Shown here in pieces: positions 1-9,290 of a stretch of DNA of 64,000 bases; the stretch's first letter is position 1; every line of letters begins with the position of its first letter. The notes below the pieces were generated by a model that was not told the origin of the DNA, did not search any database, and saw only the letters and a list, made by a program, of their open reading frames with translations. Where the stretch lies: the IMG/VR virus record IMGVR_UViG_3300034101_004588, positions 146,957 to 210,956 of that record. One strand, written 5' to 3'. The position numbers and the translations under genes were made by a program.

Positions 1-209
1 TACATCATCAGTCTCATCATTAACTATCTCTAAATGTCCGTCAAAGACAAAACCACAAGCTTTCAAATAACACTGAAAATTCCAGAGTATTTGAGTAATA
101 GTGACTTCTCCGGGTATATCAAAAGTTACATCAAGAGGTGAGAAGTCTTCACATTCTTCGTTATAGATATATTTGAATTGATGTTTTGCATTCATATTTT
201 TTTAAAAGG

Positions 210-282
210 TGGGCCCGGTAGGATTCGAACCTACAACCAATCGATTATGAGCCGACTGCTCTAACCATTGAGCTACAAGCCC
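210..282 (-). tRNA. tRNA-Ile2(CAU), probably lysidine-type; Met not excluded
   Basis: Cloverleaf GGGCTTG...GGGCCC-A; anticodon arm GTCGG-CTCATAA-TCGAT; overall resemblance to bacterial Ile2 tRNAs. Confidence 0.85.
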
Positions 283-498
283 GAAAATTTATTGAGAATT
301 TTTTATCATGTATTGTCTTTGTTCAATATAGATTTGTTTTTTAAAATTTTCAACATCTTTTTTAATATATCCTTGAATTAAACTAACTATAAAGAAACAA
401 GTAATAAAAGCACCTGCAAAAATTCCAAAAGCAATTATTAAATTATCTTTATTCATTTAATTTAGGATAATATATTTTTTAAAAACATCAACAATTAT

Positions 499-831
499 TC
501 ACTGAAACAATTGTAAAATTTGAGGGTTGTCTGATAAAAATTGAGCTATTTTATTAATTAAATCTTTTGCCATTTCTTCATTATGTAAAAATATTTCAGG
601 ATTTTTTGAAAAAAAGTTATGGGAATAAATTGCCATAGTAAATGTTGAGATAGCTGGAATAAATCCTACATACTCTCTCCTTATTTCATCCTGATTAAGC
701 CATTTTAATATATCTTTTCCTTTGTTAATCCAATCTTTGGCAGTGAAGATAAAGTTTTTAAAATCTTTTAAAGAAAATCCTTCTACCAAACATGCTTCAT
801 AAACTAAAGCCATTTTTTGTTGTTCTGTCAT
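499..831 (-). CDS. hypothetical protein
   Basis: ORF; ATG at 831 preferred because the track start (861) overlaps a tRNA. Confidence 0.7.
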   Translation of the reverse strand: MTEQQKMALVYEACLVEGFSLKDFKNFIFTAKDWINKGKDILKWLNQDEIRREYVGFIPAISTFTMAIYSHNFFSKNPEIFLHNEEMAKDLINKIAQFLSDNPQILQLFQ

Positions 832-852
832 TTGAATACTTATTCTAAAATA

Positions 853-942
853 TGGGTCCACCCGGATTCGAACCGGGATCTCGCCGCCGTCGCGCAGCTT
901 CTGGTGTATAAGACCAGTGTTTTACCGTTAAACTATAGACCC
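853..942 (-). tRNA. tRNA-Ile(UAU) with long variable arm
   Basis: GGGTCTA/TGGACCC acceptor, CTGGT-CTTATAC-ACCAG anticodon arm, CCCGG-TTCGAAT-CCGGG T arm, ~23-nt variable region. Confidence 0.85.
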
Positions 943-1145
943 TAAAATTTATCTCACGTTTAAACTTTCTTTATCTAAAATCATAGCTGGTAAAAATTTT
1001 TGATCAACTATAATCTTCAACTCATCTATTTGTGTCTGTAATTCTTTTGTTTGTTTAAAATAGATTACAAATAAAATAATAATCATTCCAATAAGGAAAC
1101 CAAAGAAAATATCTAAATCAAATTTCATATATTTGTAAAGTTGTA

Positions 1146-1487
1146 TTAATCATAAAGTTTAATGTTTTTAAGACCTTGCCAATCTGGGTCATCTACAACT
1201 GACGTCCATCCTTTTCGCCATTCTAAAACGCTATTAGAGTAATGTTTTTTTCCGTCTTCGTCAACATGAACTGTACGAACATATTTTACTTCAATGTCTT
1301 TAAACATTTTTTCAAGACGAGCTTCTAACATTTTAATAGGCTTCATCCAAGAAGGTTGCTTGCTTGACCAAAAATCATAATAAGGTTTATACCAATAGAC
1401 CAGGTCATAAACCCTTTCCGTCTTTTCTCCAATGACAATGTCCTTGAAGTGTTTTTTTCCTTTTAGTCTGTAAACGTATGCTCCCAT
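1146..1487 (-). CDS. hypothetical protein
   Basis: 113-aa ORF with promoter at 1511-1539 upstream. Confidence 0.8.
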   Translation of the reverse strand: MGAYVYRLKGKKHFKDIVIGEKTERVYDLVYWYKPYYDFWSSKQPSWMKPIKMLEARLEKMFKDIEVKYVRTVHVDEDGKKHYSNSVLEWRKGWTSVVDDPDWQGLKNIKLYD

Positions 1488-1510
1488 AGATTTATTTTTG
1501 TTATGTAAAC

Positions 1511-1539
1511 ATTATGGAGAATATTATCGGGAAAGACAA
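1511..1539 (-). promoter_or_regulatory. sigma70-like promoter of the TTCCC-spacer family
   Basis: TTGTCT-N17(TTCCCGATAATATTCTC)-CATAAT. Confidence 0.6.
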
Positions 1540-1555
1540 GCAAAAAATAAAAAAA

Positions 1556-1626
1556 CTGCCTTGCTACGACTCGAACGTAGAAAAGGAGATCCAAATTCTC
1601 CTGTGATACCATTTCACCACAAGGCA
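1556..1626 (-). tRNA. tRNA-Gln(UUG)
   Basis: TGCCTTG/CAAGGCA acceptor; GGAGA-ATTTGGA-TCTCC anticodon arm. Confidence 0.93.
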
Positions 1627-1637
1627 TTTTTAATATT

Positions 1638-1720
1638 TAGGAGTGAAAGGATTCGAACCTTCTAAGCCAATGGCATCAGATTTACAGTCTGAAGTAACTC
1701 TCCAACGTTACCGCACTCCT
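1638..1720 (-). tRNA. tRNA-Tyr(GUA)
   Basis: TCAGA-CTGTAAA-TCTGA anticodon arm, long variable arm, GGTTCGAATCC. Confidence 0.93.
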
Positions 1721-1791
1721 GTATATTATATATACATCATATCCTCCAAAAATAACTTGATTTTTTCAATAAATTTGAGATAATAAAACTC

Positions 1792-2076
1792 ATGAAAGAG
1801 CTACCCAAAGAGATATCAAAAAAAGGGTTTATTTACACCCAAATAAAAAGAAAAAAGAATATAGCTATTTACGAGCAAAAATCTAATACTTTATTAAAAC
1901 AAAAGCCTTCTTATGAGGTTATTAAAATTAAAGCTCATAAAGGACTAACTATAGCAGACACCTATTTACCTCCTTCTGAAATGTACCCTCCATCTACTCA
2001 ATGGGGAGTTGCTGGATTTACTTATTCAGATTTAGAAGCAGCAGAAGAAAGATTTAATCAATTGTTACATGTTTAA
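1792..2076 (+). CDS. hypothetical protein
   Basis: 94-aa ORF, ATG start, coupled to next gene. Confidence 0.8.
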   Translation: MKELPKEISKKGFIYTQIKRKKNIAIYEQKSNTLLKQKPSYEVIKIKAHKGLTIADTYLPPSEMYPPSTQWGVAGFTYSDLEAAEERFNQLLHV

Positions 2077-2260
2077 GATTCTTTTTTATTTGGCAATTTT
2101 ATTTTTAATACTTTCTTATATAGTATTTGCTCCTTTCATGTTTATTTGGAGTTTAAATACTTTATTCAAATTAAACGTAGAATATAATTTTTATACATGG
2201 ATTGCAGTCTATACCTTGTTGATTTTATTAGATTTATCTAAAGGGTTGATTAAAAAATAA
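2069..2260 (+). CDS. small membrane protein
   Basis: 63 aa, two hydrophobic stretches. Confidence 0.75.
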   Translation: MFKILFYLAILFLILSYIVFAPFMFIWSLNTLFKLNVEYNFYTWIAVYTLLILLDLSKGLIKK

Positions 2261-2268
2261 GTATTATT

Positions 2269-2661
2269 ATGAAACTCAATAAGACCCAAATTAAAACAAT
2301 TCACAAAAGATGTTTAAGTCTTATTAAACGCAAGGAACCTTCTTTTTTTATTTTCAGAAAATTGAGAGGAGCAATGGGGTATATGTTGTGGGAAGATGAA
2401 AAAAATGAAGAAAAAATAGAAATAGATTATCGAAAATCTTTATTACCTACAGTCATTCATGAATGTATACACTATCTATATCCAGAATGGAATGAAACAG
2501 AAGTACTATATGCAGAATCAAGAGTAGTTAATCATTTAGATTCTTTTGAGATGGCAAAAATATTAAAATTGTTTAGTGAAAAACTCTATAAAAATGAAAA
2601 ATCTATAAGAGTTAAAAAGAAAATTGCAAAAAAAAGACACAAAAAAAACTGCAATTTGTAA
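2269..2661 (+). CDS. putative zinc metallopeptidase-like protein (HEXXH)
   Basis: PTVIHECIHYLYP motif with downstream Glu. Confidence 0.6.
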   Translation: MKLNKTQIKTIHKRCLSLIKRKEPSFFIFRKLRGAMGYMLWEDEKNEEKIEIDYRKSLLPTVIHECIHYLYPEWNETEVLYAESRVVNHLDSFEMAKILKLFSEKLYKNEKSIRVKKKIAKKRHKKNCNL

Positions 2662-2740
2662 TTTAGTTTAAATTCATAATGTTACATATATAACAGTTCA
2701 ATTGAATTTTTCGACAAAAAAGATAATTAAAAATAATCAC

Positions 2741-4756
2741 ATGAATAATACAAATGAAGCTAAAGTTACTACCTCATATGTTTCTGATATACTACCAGAA
2801 GAATTTCTTAATAAATACATAAACAAACAAGTTCCTTGGGGTTTTAATGGTCTCGGTTATATTGTGTATAAAAGAACATATGCAAGAAAGCTAGAAAATT
2901 CTAATCAAACAGAAGAATGGTGGCAAACAGTAGCTAGGTGTATTAACGGTTCTCAAAAACTTGGGGCAGATTATACAACAGAAGAAGCTCAAAGATTATT
3001 TGATTTAGTGTTCAATCTTAAATGTAATTTTGCAGGAAGAATGTTGTGGCAGCTTGGTACTAGTACAGTTGATCGGTTTGGAGCTAATAGTCTTTTAAAT
3101 TGTTGGTTTGTTGCTATTAATGATCCTAAAGCATTTCTTTTCATTTTTGAAAATTTAATGCTTGGTGGTGGAGTTGGATTCTCTATACGCAGAGAAGATA
3201 TTCATGAACTTCCTAAAGTAAAGAAAAATGTGTCTGTAAACCATTTAAATACAAAAGACGCAGATTTTATAGTTCCAGATTCTCGCCAAGGTTGGGTTGA
3301 ATTACTTCGAAAAATTTTAGAAGCTTTTTATGTAAATGGTAAATCTTTTTCTTATTCTACTATTTTAGTTAGAGGAGCCGGAGAAAGAATTTCAGGTTTT
3401 GGTGGTTTAGCTTCTGGTCCAGGTCCTCTTATTGACGGAGTTCAAAGAATAATAAAAATTTTCTCTTCCAGAGAGGGGAAAAAATTAAGATCAATAGATG
3501 TATTAGATATCTGTAATATTATTGGTTCAGTGGTTGTAGCAGGTAATGTTCGTAGATCTGCTCAGATTGCTCTTGGAGATCCGGATGATTATCTTTACCT
3601 TAGAGCTAAAAACTGGTCTTTAGGAACTATACCTAACTGGAGAGCAATGTCTAATAATACAATTTATGCTGATGAGTTTGATCATATTTCTAACGAGATA
3701 TGGGAAAATGGATATGTTACAGACTCTAAAACAGGATTTGCTAAAGGAGAACCTTACGGATTTTTTAATTTACCTCTTTCACAAAAATGCGGACGTACAA
3801 AAGATGGTCCCATGAAATCTAGCAAACTATACCCTACAGATGAAGATAATGTTCAAGGAACTAATCCTTGTGGAGAGATCAGTTTGTCTTCTTATGAATG
3901 TTGTAATTTAGCAGAATTGTATTTAAATAATATTGAATCAAAAGAAGAATTATTTGATTGTGCAAAACTTTTATATAAAAGTCAAAAAGCTATTGCTTCA
4001 TTACCTTTTATCCATGAAGAAACCAATAAAATTGTACATAAAAATATGCGACTAGGTCTTGGTGTTACAGGTATCTGTCAATCTATTGATAAATTACCTT
4101 GGTTAGACGAATGTTATGTTCAGTTAAGAAAATTTGACAAAGAATGGAGCAAACAAAAAGGTTATCCACAAAGTATTAAATTAACAACAACAAAACCTAG
4201 TGGTACATTATCTTTACTAGCTGGTTCAACTCCTGGAGTACATCCAGCTTATTCTCAATATTACATACGCAGAGTAAGAATGGCTTCATCTGATGCTCTA
4301 GTTTCTGTGTGTAGAGAGTTAGGATACCAAGTAGAGTATGCATTAAATTTTGACGGTACAGAAAACCATGATACAGTAGTAGTAAGCTTTCCTTGTTCTG
4401 CTGGAACACAATCAATATTAGCAAAAGATATGTCAGCAATACAACAATTAGAATTAGTTAAACAAATTCAAAGTGTGTGGAGTGATAATGCGGTTTCCGT
4501 GACAGTATATTATCGTAAAGAGGAATTAACAGAAATTAAAGAGTGGTTAAAAAATAATTTTGAAGAAAATATCAAATCTGTAAGCTTTTTATTACATAAC
4601 GAACACGGATTTGTACAAGCTCCTTACGAAGAAATAAGTGAAGAAAATTATAATAAAATGTCTTCTAAAGTAAAGCTCATTACAACTTTATATAATACAG
4701 GTTATGGTGATTTAGAAACTTTAGAATGCGCCGGCGGAGTATGTCCTGTTAAATAA
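2741..4756 (+). CDS. nrdJ: class II (adenosylcobalamin-dependent) ribonucleotide reductase, monomeric type
   Basis: NCWFV, GGGVG, GNVRRSA, TNPCGEI catalytic motif, TKPSGTLSLL, C-terminal CAGGVCP; ATG at 2741 preferred. Confidence 0.95.
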   Translation: MNNTNEAKVTTSYVSDILPEEFLNKYINKQVPWGFNGLGYIVYKRTYARKLENSNQTEEWWQTVARCINGSQKLGADYTTEEAQRLFDLVFNLKCNFAGRMLWQLGTSTVDRFGANSLLNCWFVAINDPKAFLFIFENLMLGGGVGFSIRREDIHELPKVKKNVSVNHLNTKDADFIVPDSRQGWVELLRKILEAFYVNGKSFSYSTILVRGAGERISGFGGLASGPGPLIDGVQRIIKIFSSREGKKLRSIDVLDICNIIGSVVVAGNVRRSAQIALGDPDDYLYLRAKNWSLGTIPNWRAMSNNTIYADEFDHISNEIWENGYVTDSKTGFAKGEPYGFFNLPLSQKCGRTKDGPMKSSKLYPTDEDNVQGTNPCGEISLSSYECCNLAELYLNNIESKEELFDCAKLLYKSQKAIASLPFIHEETNKIVHKNMRLGLGVTGICQSIDKLPWLDECYVQLRKFDKEWSKQKGYPQSIKLTTTKPSGTLSLLAGSTPGVHPAYSQYYIRRVRMASSDALVSVCRELGYQVEYALNFDGTENHDTVVVSFPCSAGTQSILAKDMSAIQQLELVKQIQSVWSDNAVSVTVYYRKEELTEIKEWLKNNFEENIKSVSFLLHNEHGFVQAPYEEISEENYNKMSSKVKLITTLYNTGYGDLETLECAGGVCPVK

Positions 4757-4897
4757 ACCTATGAACGGCAAAGGCGATAAATGGCGTAAAACAGATTACA
4801 AAAAATATTTTACCAATTGGGAAAATATTAAATTATTTCCAAATAAAAATACAAAAACAAAGATTAAAAAGAATAAAAATAAAACAACTTATGTTTA

Positions 4898-5104
4898 TTA
4901 ATCTTCTTTGTCTTCTTCGTCTTCTTTGGAATCTATATTCTTTTTTTCTACTTTAGCTATAGCTTCTTCTTTACTCATACCTGAAGCTACCATACGAGCA
5001 ATCAAAACATCTTTATAATTGTTTTTGCCGTCTTTGTTTTGATCTTCTTTTTCTAAAGTTAATGTTTTGAGATATTCTTCTAAGATATTATTGAATTTTG
5101 ACAT
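4898..5104 (-). CDS. hypothetical protein with EF-hand-like loop
   Basis: DQNKDGKNNYKD; N-terminus MSKFNNILEE. Confidence 0.75.
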   Translation of the reverse strand: MSKFNNILEEYLKTLTLEKEDQNKDGKNNYKDVLIARMVASGMSKEEAIAKVEKKNIDSKEDEEDKED

Positions 5105-5105
5105 A

Positions 5106-5315
5106 TTATTTATTTCTTAATTTTGCTAAAACTGCCCCTGCAACTTTTTTTCCAGCTTCTTTTGATCCGTATTTTTTACCAGCCGATTTTGCAATTTTTT
5201 TAAACATTTTACCAGGTTTACCAATATCTTTACCTTTGCGAGCTTGTTTAGGTGAATAAGATTTTTTAGCTTCTTCTATTACCTGATTATAAAACCTATC
5301 GAATTTAGTGTCCAT
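5106..5315 (-). CDS. basic hypothetical protein of a type common in large T4-like phages
   Basis: GKDIGKPGKMFKKIAKSAGKKYGSKEAGKKVAGAVL. Confidence 0.8.
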   Translation of the reverse strand: MDTKFDRFYNQVIEEAKKSYSPKQARKGKDIGKPGKMFKKIAKSAGKKYGSKEAGKKVAGAVLAKLRNK

Positions 5316-5316
5316 A

Positions 5317-5940
5317 TTATATATTTATACAAATATCATTCAGTTTTGACATAAGTGTTTCATCTTTTATATAATGAAAAGATACATAGTCTGCTATTTT
5401 ATCTTCTGGTATGTTGTAATAAGAAGGAGGATGACATTTAAAAATATCATTATGAGTAAATTTTATACCTTTTTCTCGGGTATTTAATCCAAAAGTAACA
5501 TCACTATGAGTAGTTTTAAAATTTTTAAAATCTTTATATAAAGGTATTAAATTCTGATGCACTAAAAATCCTGCTCCTCCTTGTGGGTAATGTAAATCAC
5601 CATAACATCCAAAACAATCCATACCATGAACAGATTGTGGATCAAAATTTTGTAGAATTTTTAATAAGAATTTTGTGTTAACAAAACAATCATCATCACA
5701 AAAATAAAACCACTCATATTCATTAATTAAATTCTTGTTAATATATTCAAAAATTCCTTTAATTTTTTCTTCCACGTCATCTACATCACATACTTTAATA
5801 ATTTTGTTATTTTTATCTTCATATTCAGCATAAAAATGTATATCACAATTTTTGCCCCAAGTATTTAAAATTGCTTGTTGTCTTTCCTTGCTATTAAGAT
5901 ATTTTTCAGAAGTTAATATTAAAATCAATAAAGGTTTCAT
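5317..5940 (-). CDS. Fringe/galactosyltransferase-like (GT31-type) glycosyltransferase
   Basis: AILNTWG, WFYFCDDDCFV DxD motif, YPQGGAGF, SDVTFG, FH motif. Confidence 0.8.
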   Translation of the reverse strand: MKPLLILILTSEKYLNSKERQQAILNTWGKNCDIHFYAEYEDKNNKIIKVCDVDDVEEKIKGIFEYINKNLINEYEWFYFCDDDCFVNTKFLLKILQNFDPQSVHGMDCFGCYGDLHYPQGGAGFLVHQNLIPLYKDFKNFKTTHSDVTFGLNTREKGIKFTHNDIFKCHPPSYYNIPEDKIADYVSFHYIKDETLMSKLNDICINI

Positions 5941-6389
5941 ATATTTTTATTTAGAAACTTTTCATTTATTTCAATACATTCTATACTATAAAATTTAAAA
6001 ATATCTAAAGCAGATTTGTCTCTGTCATACATTTCTTTATATACAACCTTTTTAATCCCGTGACCAGCTATAAGTGTTGCACAGGATTTGCAGGGTAATA
6101 AAGTTGTTGCTAGTGTTTTACATTTTCCTCTTTCAAACAAAGATAATAGATTAGCCTCTGCGTGAATCATGTACGGCAATCTCTGATCTCGGTCTTTCCA
6201 AAAATTTTTAGGAGCCTTTTTGCCAGGAGCTAAACCATTATAAGCAACACCTATAACTCTGTTATTATAATCAAGAGCGCAGGCTCCTACTTTTCTCCAA
6301 GGGTCTTCGGATCTTAAAGCAGCTACTTCTGCTATCTTTAAAGCATAAACATCCCAATTTAAGCGCTTTGTTTTAAAAATAAATTCCAT
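5937..6389 (-). CDS. dCMP deaminase (zinc-dependent)
   Basis: RSEDPWRKVGAC, YNG, HAEANL, PCKSC. Confidence 0.92.
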   Translation of the reverse strand: MEFIFKTKRLNWDVYALKIAEVAALRSEDPWRKVGACALDYNNRVIGVAYNGLAPGKKAPKNFWKDRDQRLPYMIHAEANLLSLFERGKCKTLATTLLPCKSCATLIAGHGIKKVVYKEMYDRDKSALDIFKFYSIECIEINEKFLNKNI

Positions 6390-6949
6390 TCTTTTATATT
6401 GTGTTTGTTTCTTATATAATGAAAAGCTGGTAGTTCTTTAGGAGGTTCTGGAGTTTTTAATAATTTAAGACCTGCCTCTTTAGGCAATAAGTCTGCTTTT
6501 TTAGCGTTTATTGTTTTGTGAGCCAATACACAGTTAGACCAATCAGTTTTACCTCCTCTTGATTTTGGTATTACATGATCAATATTCCCTTCACCTGGTT
6601 TTAATTTTTTCCCTGTATATTGACAAGTACCATTATCTCTAAACCAAATAGCTTTGGACGAAAACCTAGGTCTTCTTTTAGGAACTCTATCAAATTTACA
6701 CAACACAATAACTTTAGGAACTCTTATTTTTCCTTTTACTGTGTTAATAAAATCATCTTCCTCTCTTACTGAAAGATTCATCCATTCTTTCCATTTGAGG
6801 GGAACCATGTTGTCCAAGCCTTCTATGTTTAAAGCAGTAGCTGTATCTGTCATAAGCATAGCAAAAGTTTCGGCAGGACTTTTGACATGAATAGCTTGCC
6901 AATTTCTATTTAAAACTAAAACTATATCTTTGTATAATATACTATTCAT
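6359..6949 (-). CDS. HNH endonuclease (McrA-like)
   Basis: RDNGTCQYTG, NIDHVIPKSRGGKTDWSNCVLAHKTINAKK. Confidence 0.9.
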   Translation of the reverse strand: MNSILYKDIVLVLNRNWQAIHVKSPAETFAMLMTDTATALNIEGLDNMVPLKWKEWMNLSVREEDDFINTVKGKIRVPKVIVLCKFDRVPKRRPRFSSKAIWFRDNGTCQYTGKKLKPGEGNIDHVIPKSRGGKTDWSNCVLAHKTINAKKADLLPKEAGLKLLKTPEPPKELPAFHYIRNKHNIKEWNLFLKQSA

Positions 6950-7476
6950 TTTAAAGATTTTTTTTGTTCTTCTGTTCTAAAATCGAACCAAACCGGACAT
7001 TTATATCTTTTACCTGCTGCTAAATGTTCTTGTAATTCTTTTTCTATACGAGAAGCCATTTCATAATCTCCTCTTTCTTTTAAAATCTTAATAGTTCTCC
7101 TAGCTCTCATTCTACCAGACAATTTATATTTTTTGATTCTTTGATGTTTATTGTCTACTCTGTAACCATATTTTTTAAAAATATCTTCCGGAGAATACGG
7201 CTTATCTGCCAAGGACCAAACCGCATAATATTTTTTATCAGAACCACCCATCATATAATTATTGCAATAAAATTTACGACTTAAAGAATCAATCATATTG
7301 ATTCTATATTTTCCGATACCTAGCCGCATATTACCAGTAGTATAAAATTTGGTTTTCTCTTTCAATAAAACAGGTTCATGAGTTTCTGCATCAAAAACAT
7401 AACCTCCTTCTGGTCCATAAAGATTCATATCTTTAAAAACCTGACCTTGATAATTGTCCAATTTACAAAAAGCCAT
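6946..7476 (-). CDS. hypothetical protein
   Basis: 176-aa ORF, ATGA-coupled. Confidence 0.8.
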   Translation of the reverse strand: MAFCKLDNYQGQVFKDMNLYGPEGGYVFDAETHEPVLLKEKTKFYTTGNMRLGIGKYRINMIDSLSRKFYCNNYMMGGSDKKYYAVWSLADKPYSPEDIFKKYGYRVDNKHQRIKKYKLSGRMRARRTIKILKERGDYEMASRIEKELQEHLAAGKRYKCPVWFDFRTEEQKKSLK

Positions 7477-7479
7477 ATA

Positions 7480-7872
7480 TTAAAAACAAGAGTTATTGAT
7501 TACTTTCCATGCATCGGTAATTCTGCAATAAGGAGATTGTTCGAACATGTCCAATACTATTCCATCTTTAACTACAAAAACATGGGCTCTGATTCTTACA
7601 TAATAAATTCCTGATGAATATTTCATTATAAATTTTCGTAAAGTTATCGGTTTTCTAAAATTTAATTTAAGAAAAGAATGACCCATATAGCTGCAACTTT
7701 TTTTCAAAAACCTTTTAATATGAAATCCTTTATTTGGTTTACGACCAGCTCTCCATAACAAATCATAACATTTATGATAAGATGAATTTGTAGCTATTGC
7801 TAATGCTCTGACTGTGCAGTCATTCTTTTCCTGAGAAGGAGATTTAGCATTGTTATACTCAAATTTAATCAT
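7480..7872 (-). CDS. phage hypothetical protein, possible Cys-His peptidase-like fold
   Basis: NDCTVRALAIA ... RAHVFVVKDG..D pattern. Confidence 0.7.
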   Translation of the reverse strand: MIKFEYNNAKSPSQEKNDCTVRALAIATNSSYHKCYDLLWRAGRKPNKGFHIKRFLKKSCSYMGHSFLKLNFRKPITLRKFIMKYSSGIYYVRIRAHVFVVKDGIVLDMFEQSPYCRITDAWKVINNSCF

Positions 7873-7922
7873 ACTAAAAAATATTAAATTTTTTTATTAG
7901 GATAGGCAAGCTTAAAATACGT

Positions 7923-7950
7923 CCCCAGAAGATGTTTTCATCTTCTGGGG
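7923..7950 (-). terminator. hairpin, probable terminator after the DUF932 gene
   Basis: CCCCAGAAGATG-aaaa-CATCTTCTGGGG, 12-bp stem. Confidence 0.7.
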
Positions 7951-7979
7951 GTTAGTATAACCGGTTCTAACCTAATTAC

Positions 7980-9002
7980 TTAGTTTAAGATTACCTGATT
8001 CTCTTCTACGAACCCTGTTTTAGCAAAGTTAATGCCAAGACGAAGAGCTGCATCTTTAACCATTTTACCAGAACCAAAACCAATGTATTGGATTCTTCCG
8101 TCTTCGCCTGCTTTGGGTCTTTTATGGTGATCAACATATTCTGTTATGGCATTATAAGTACCCCACAAAGTACCTCTAACTCCTTTGATATCAGCTCCTT
8201 TACCAATTTCAACTAATTCCATAACATTATTAACTTCTGTAACCAAACGAGCTGGAGCTTTATCTTCTTCTGAAACATTACGATTTTCACTATTACCGTA
8301 AGGTCTTAAAGATTCTGCAATATATTGCTTCATTTGCTTTTCCTTAATATTAACTCTGGCAAACTTGCGATAAACTTCAGAAAGCTCATCATAAAATGCT
8401 CCGATTTGTCCGAGAAGAGTGCCGGCCACTTCTAATCGATCTGCTACATTGCCACGGTGTACAAGACGAACTTCTTCTTTTACATTGCGATTCAAAGATG
8501 CGGTTAAAGTATTCCAACATACAACTCGAACTGGAGTAACTCTACCAGTAACAGAACCTTTACCATCATGACGGTTAGTAAGAAGAAAATATTTATCTAC
8601 ATAATCTTCTGCCAAAATCTTGATTTGTCCTTTAATTTTAGCTAAAAGCCAAATCAAACTACCGTTTTTCAAAGCCCCTGCAGTTTCATAAAGAGCTTCT
8701 CCTTCATCTACTGCTGCATCAAAAAAGCGAAATGCTTCTTTATTTTGTAAGGGTTTATAACCGTTTCCGACAATTCCTAAAACGGTTCCAGTGTCATTGC
8801 GTACAACAGCTTTGTGGGAATCCACATTTTGATCTGCTGTAAACAATTCTTGCAATTCTACTTCATAATCTAAACCTGCTTGTTGCATGGCTTCTTCTGA
8901 AGTAAATGGTTTATCAAAACGATGACCGTATTGATGCCATGGTGTTTCTCCGGTGTAAGCTATTGCTGCCCGGCCTTTGCTCATATCTAGTTCGTGTGAC
9001 AT
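7980..9002 (-). CDS. DUF932 family (phage/plasmid-like, TIGR03299-type) protein
   Basis: PWHQYG, AGLDYEV, YETAGALKNG, NRHDG, TPVRVVCWNTL, GTLWGTYNAITEYVDH; ATG at 9002. Confidence 0.88.
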   Translation of the reverse strand: MSHELDMSKGRAAIAYTGETPWHQYGHRFDKPFTSEEAMQQAGLDYEVELQELFTADQNVDSHKAVVRNDTGTVLGIVGNGYKPLQNKEAFRFFDAAVDEGEALYETAGALKNGSLIWLLAKIKGQIKILAEDYVDKYFLLTNRHDGKGSVTGRVTPVRVVCWNTLTASLNRNVKEEVRLVHRGNVADRLEVAGTLLGQIGAFYDELSEVYRKFARVNIKEKQMKQYIAESLRPYGNSENRNVSEEDKAPARLVTEVNNVMELVEIGKGADIKGVRGTLWGTYNAITEYVDHHKRPKAGEDGRIQYIGFGSGKMVKDAALRLGINFAKTGFVEENQVILN

Positions 9003-9084
9003 ATATTTGTTTATTGTTAACAAAAAACATCTTAACATTGTTTATGAGGACAATCAACAAAAATAAAAAAAGAATCTTTAATTG

Positions 9085-9092
9085 TATAAATA
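9085..9092 (+). promoter_or_regulatory. T4-type late promoter box
   Basis: TATAAATA 6 nt before the ATG at 9099. Confidence 0.65.
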
Positions 9093-9098
9093 TTAAAT

Positions 9099-9290
9099 AT
9101 GAATAAATTTTTAAAATTAGTTCTAGAAATTTTAAATGAGACAGAAACTATTGAAGCACCTACAAAACCCAAAACAACTCCTAAAAGACATCCATTTGCT
9201 CCAAAGCCTGGACAAACTCCAAAGCCTAGACCAAAAGCTTTAGAAGATAATGCTAGTGTAAAATTATTTAAAAAATTAAGATCAAAGTAA
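9099..9290 (+). CDS. Pro/Lys-rich hypothetical protein
   Basis: 63-aa ORF after late promoter. Confidence 0.75.
   Translation: MNKFLKLVLEILNETETIEAPTKPKTTPKRHPFAPKPGQTPKPRPKALEDNASVKLFKKLRSK

Noticed and set aside
853-942. Possible ochre suppressor (TTA) or evidence of stop-codon recoding
   Set aside because: The 5-bp stem fixes a 7-nt loop with UAU at positions 34-36; long genes are intact under the standard code with all three stops in use.
2741-4756. Intein or intron in the RNR, or a role for the nearby HNH as an intron-encoded homing enzyme
   Set aside because: RNR length and motifs are continuous; the HNH gene is free-standing and coupled to its neighbours.
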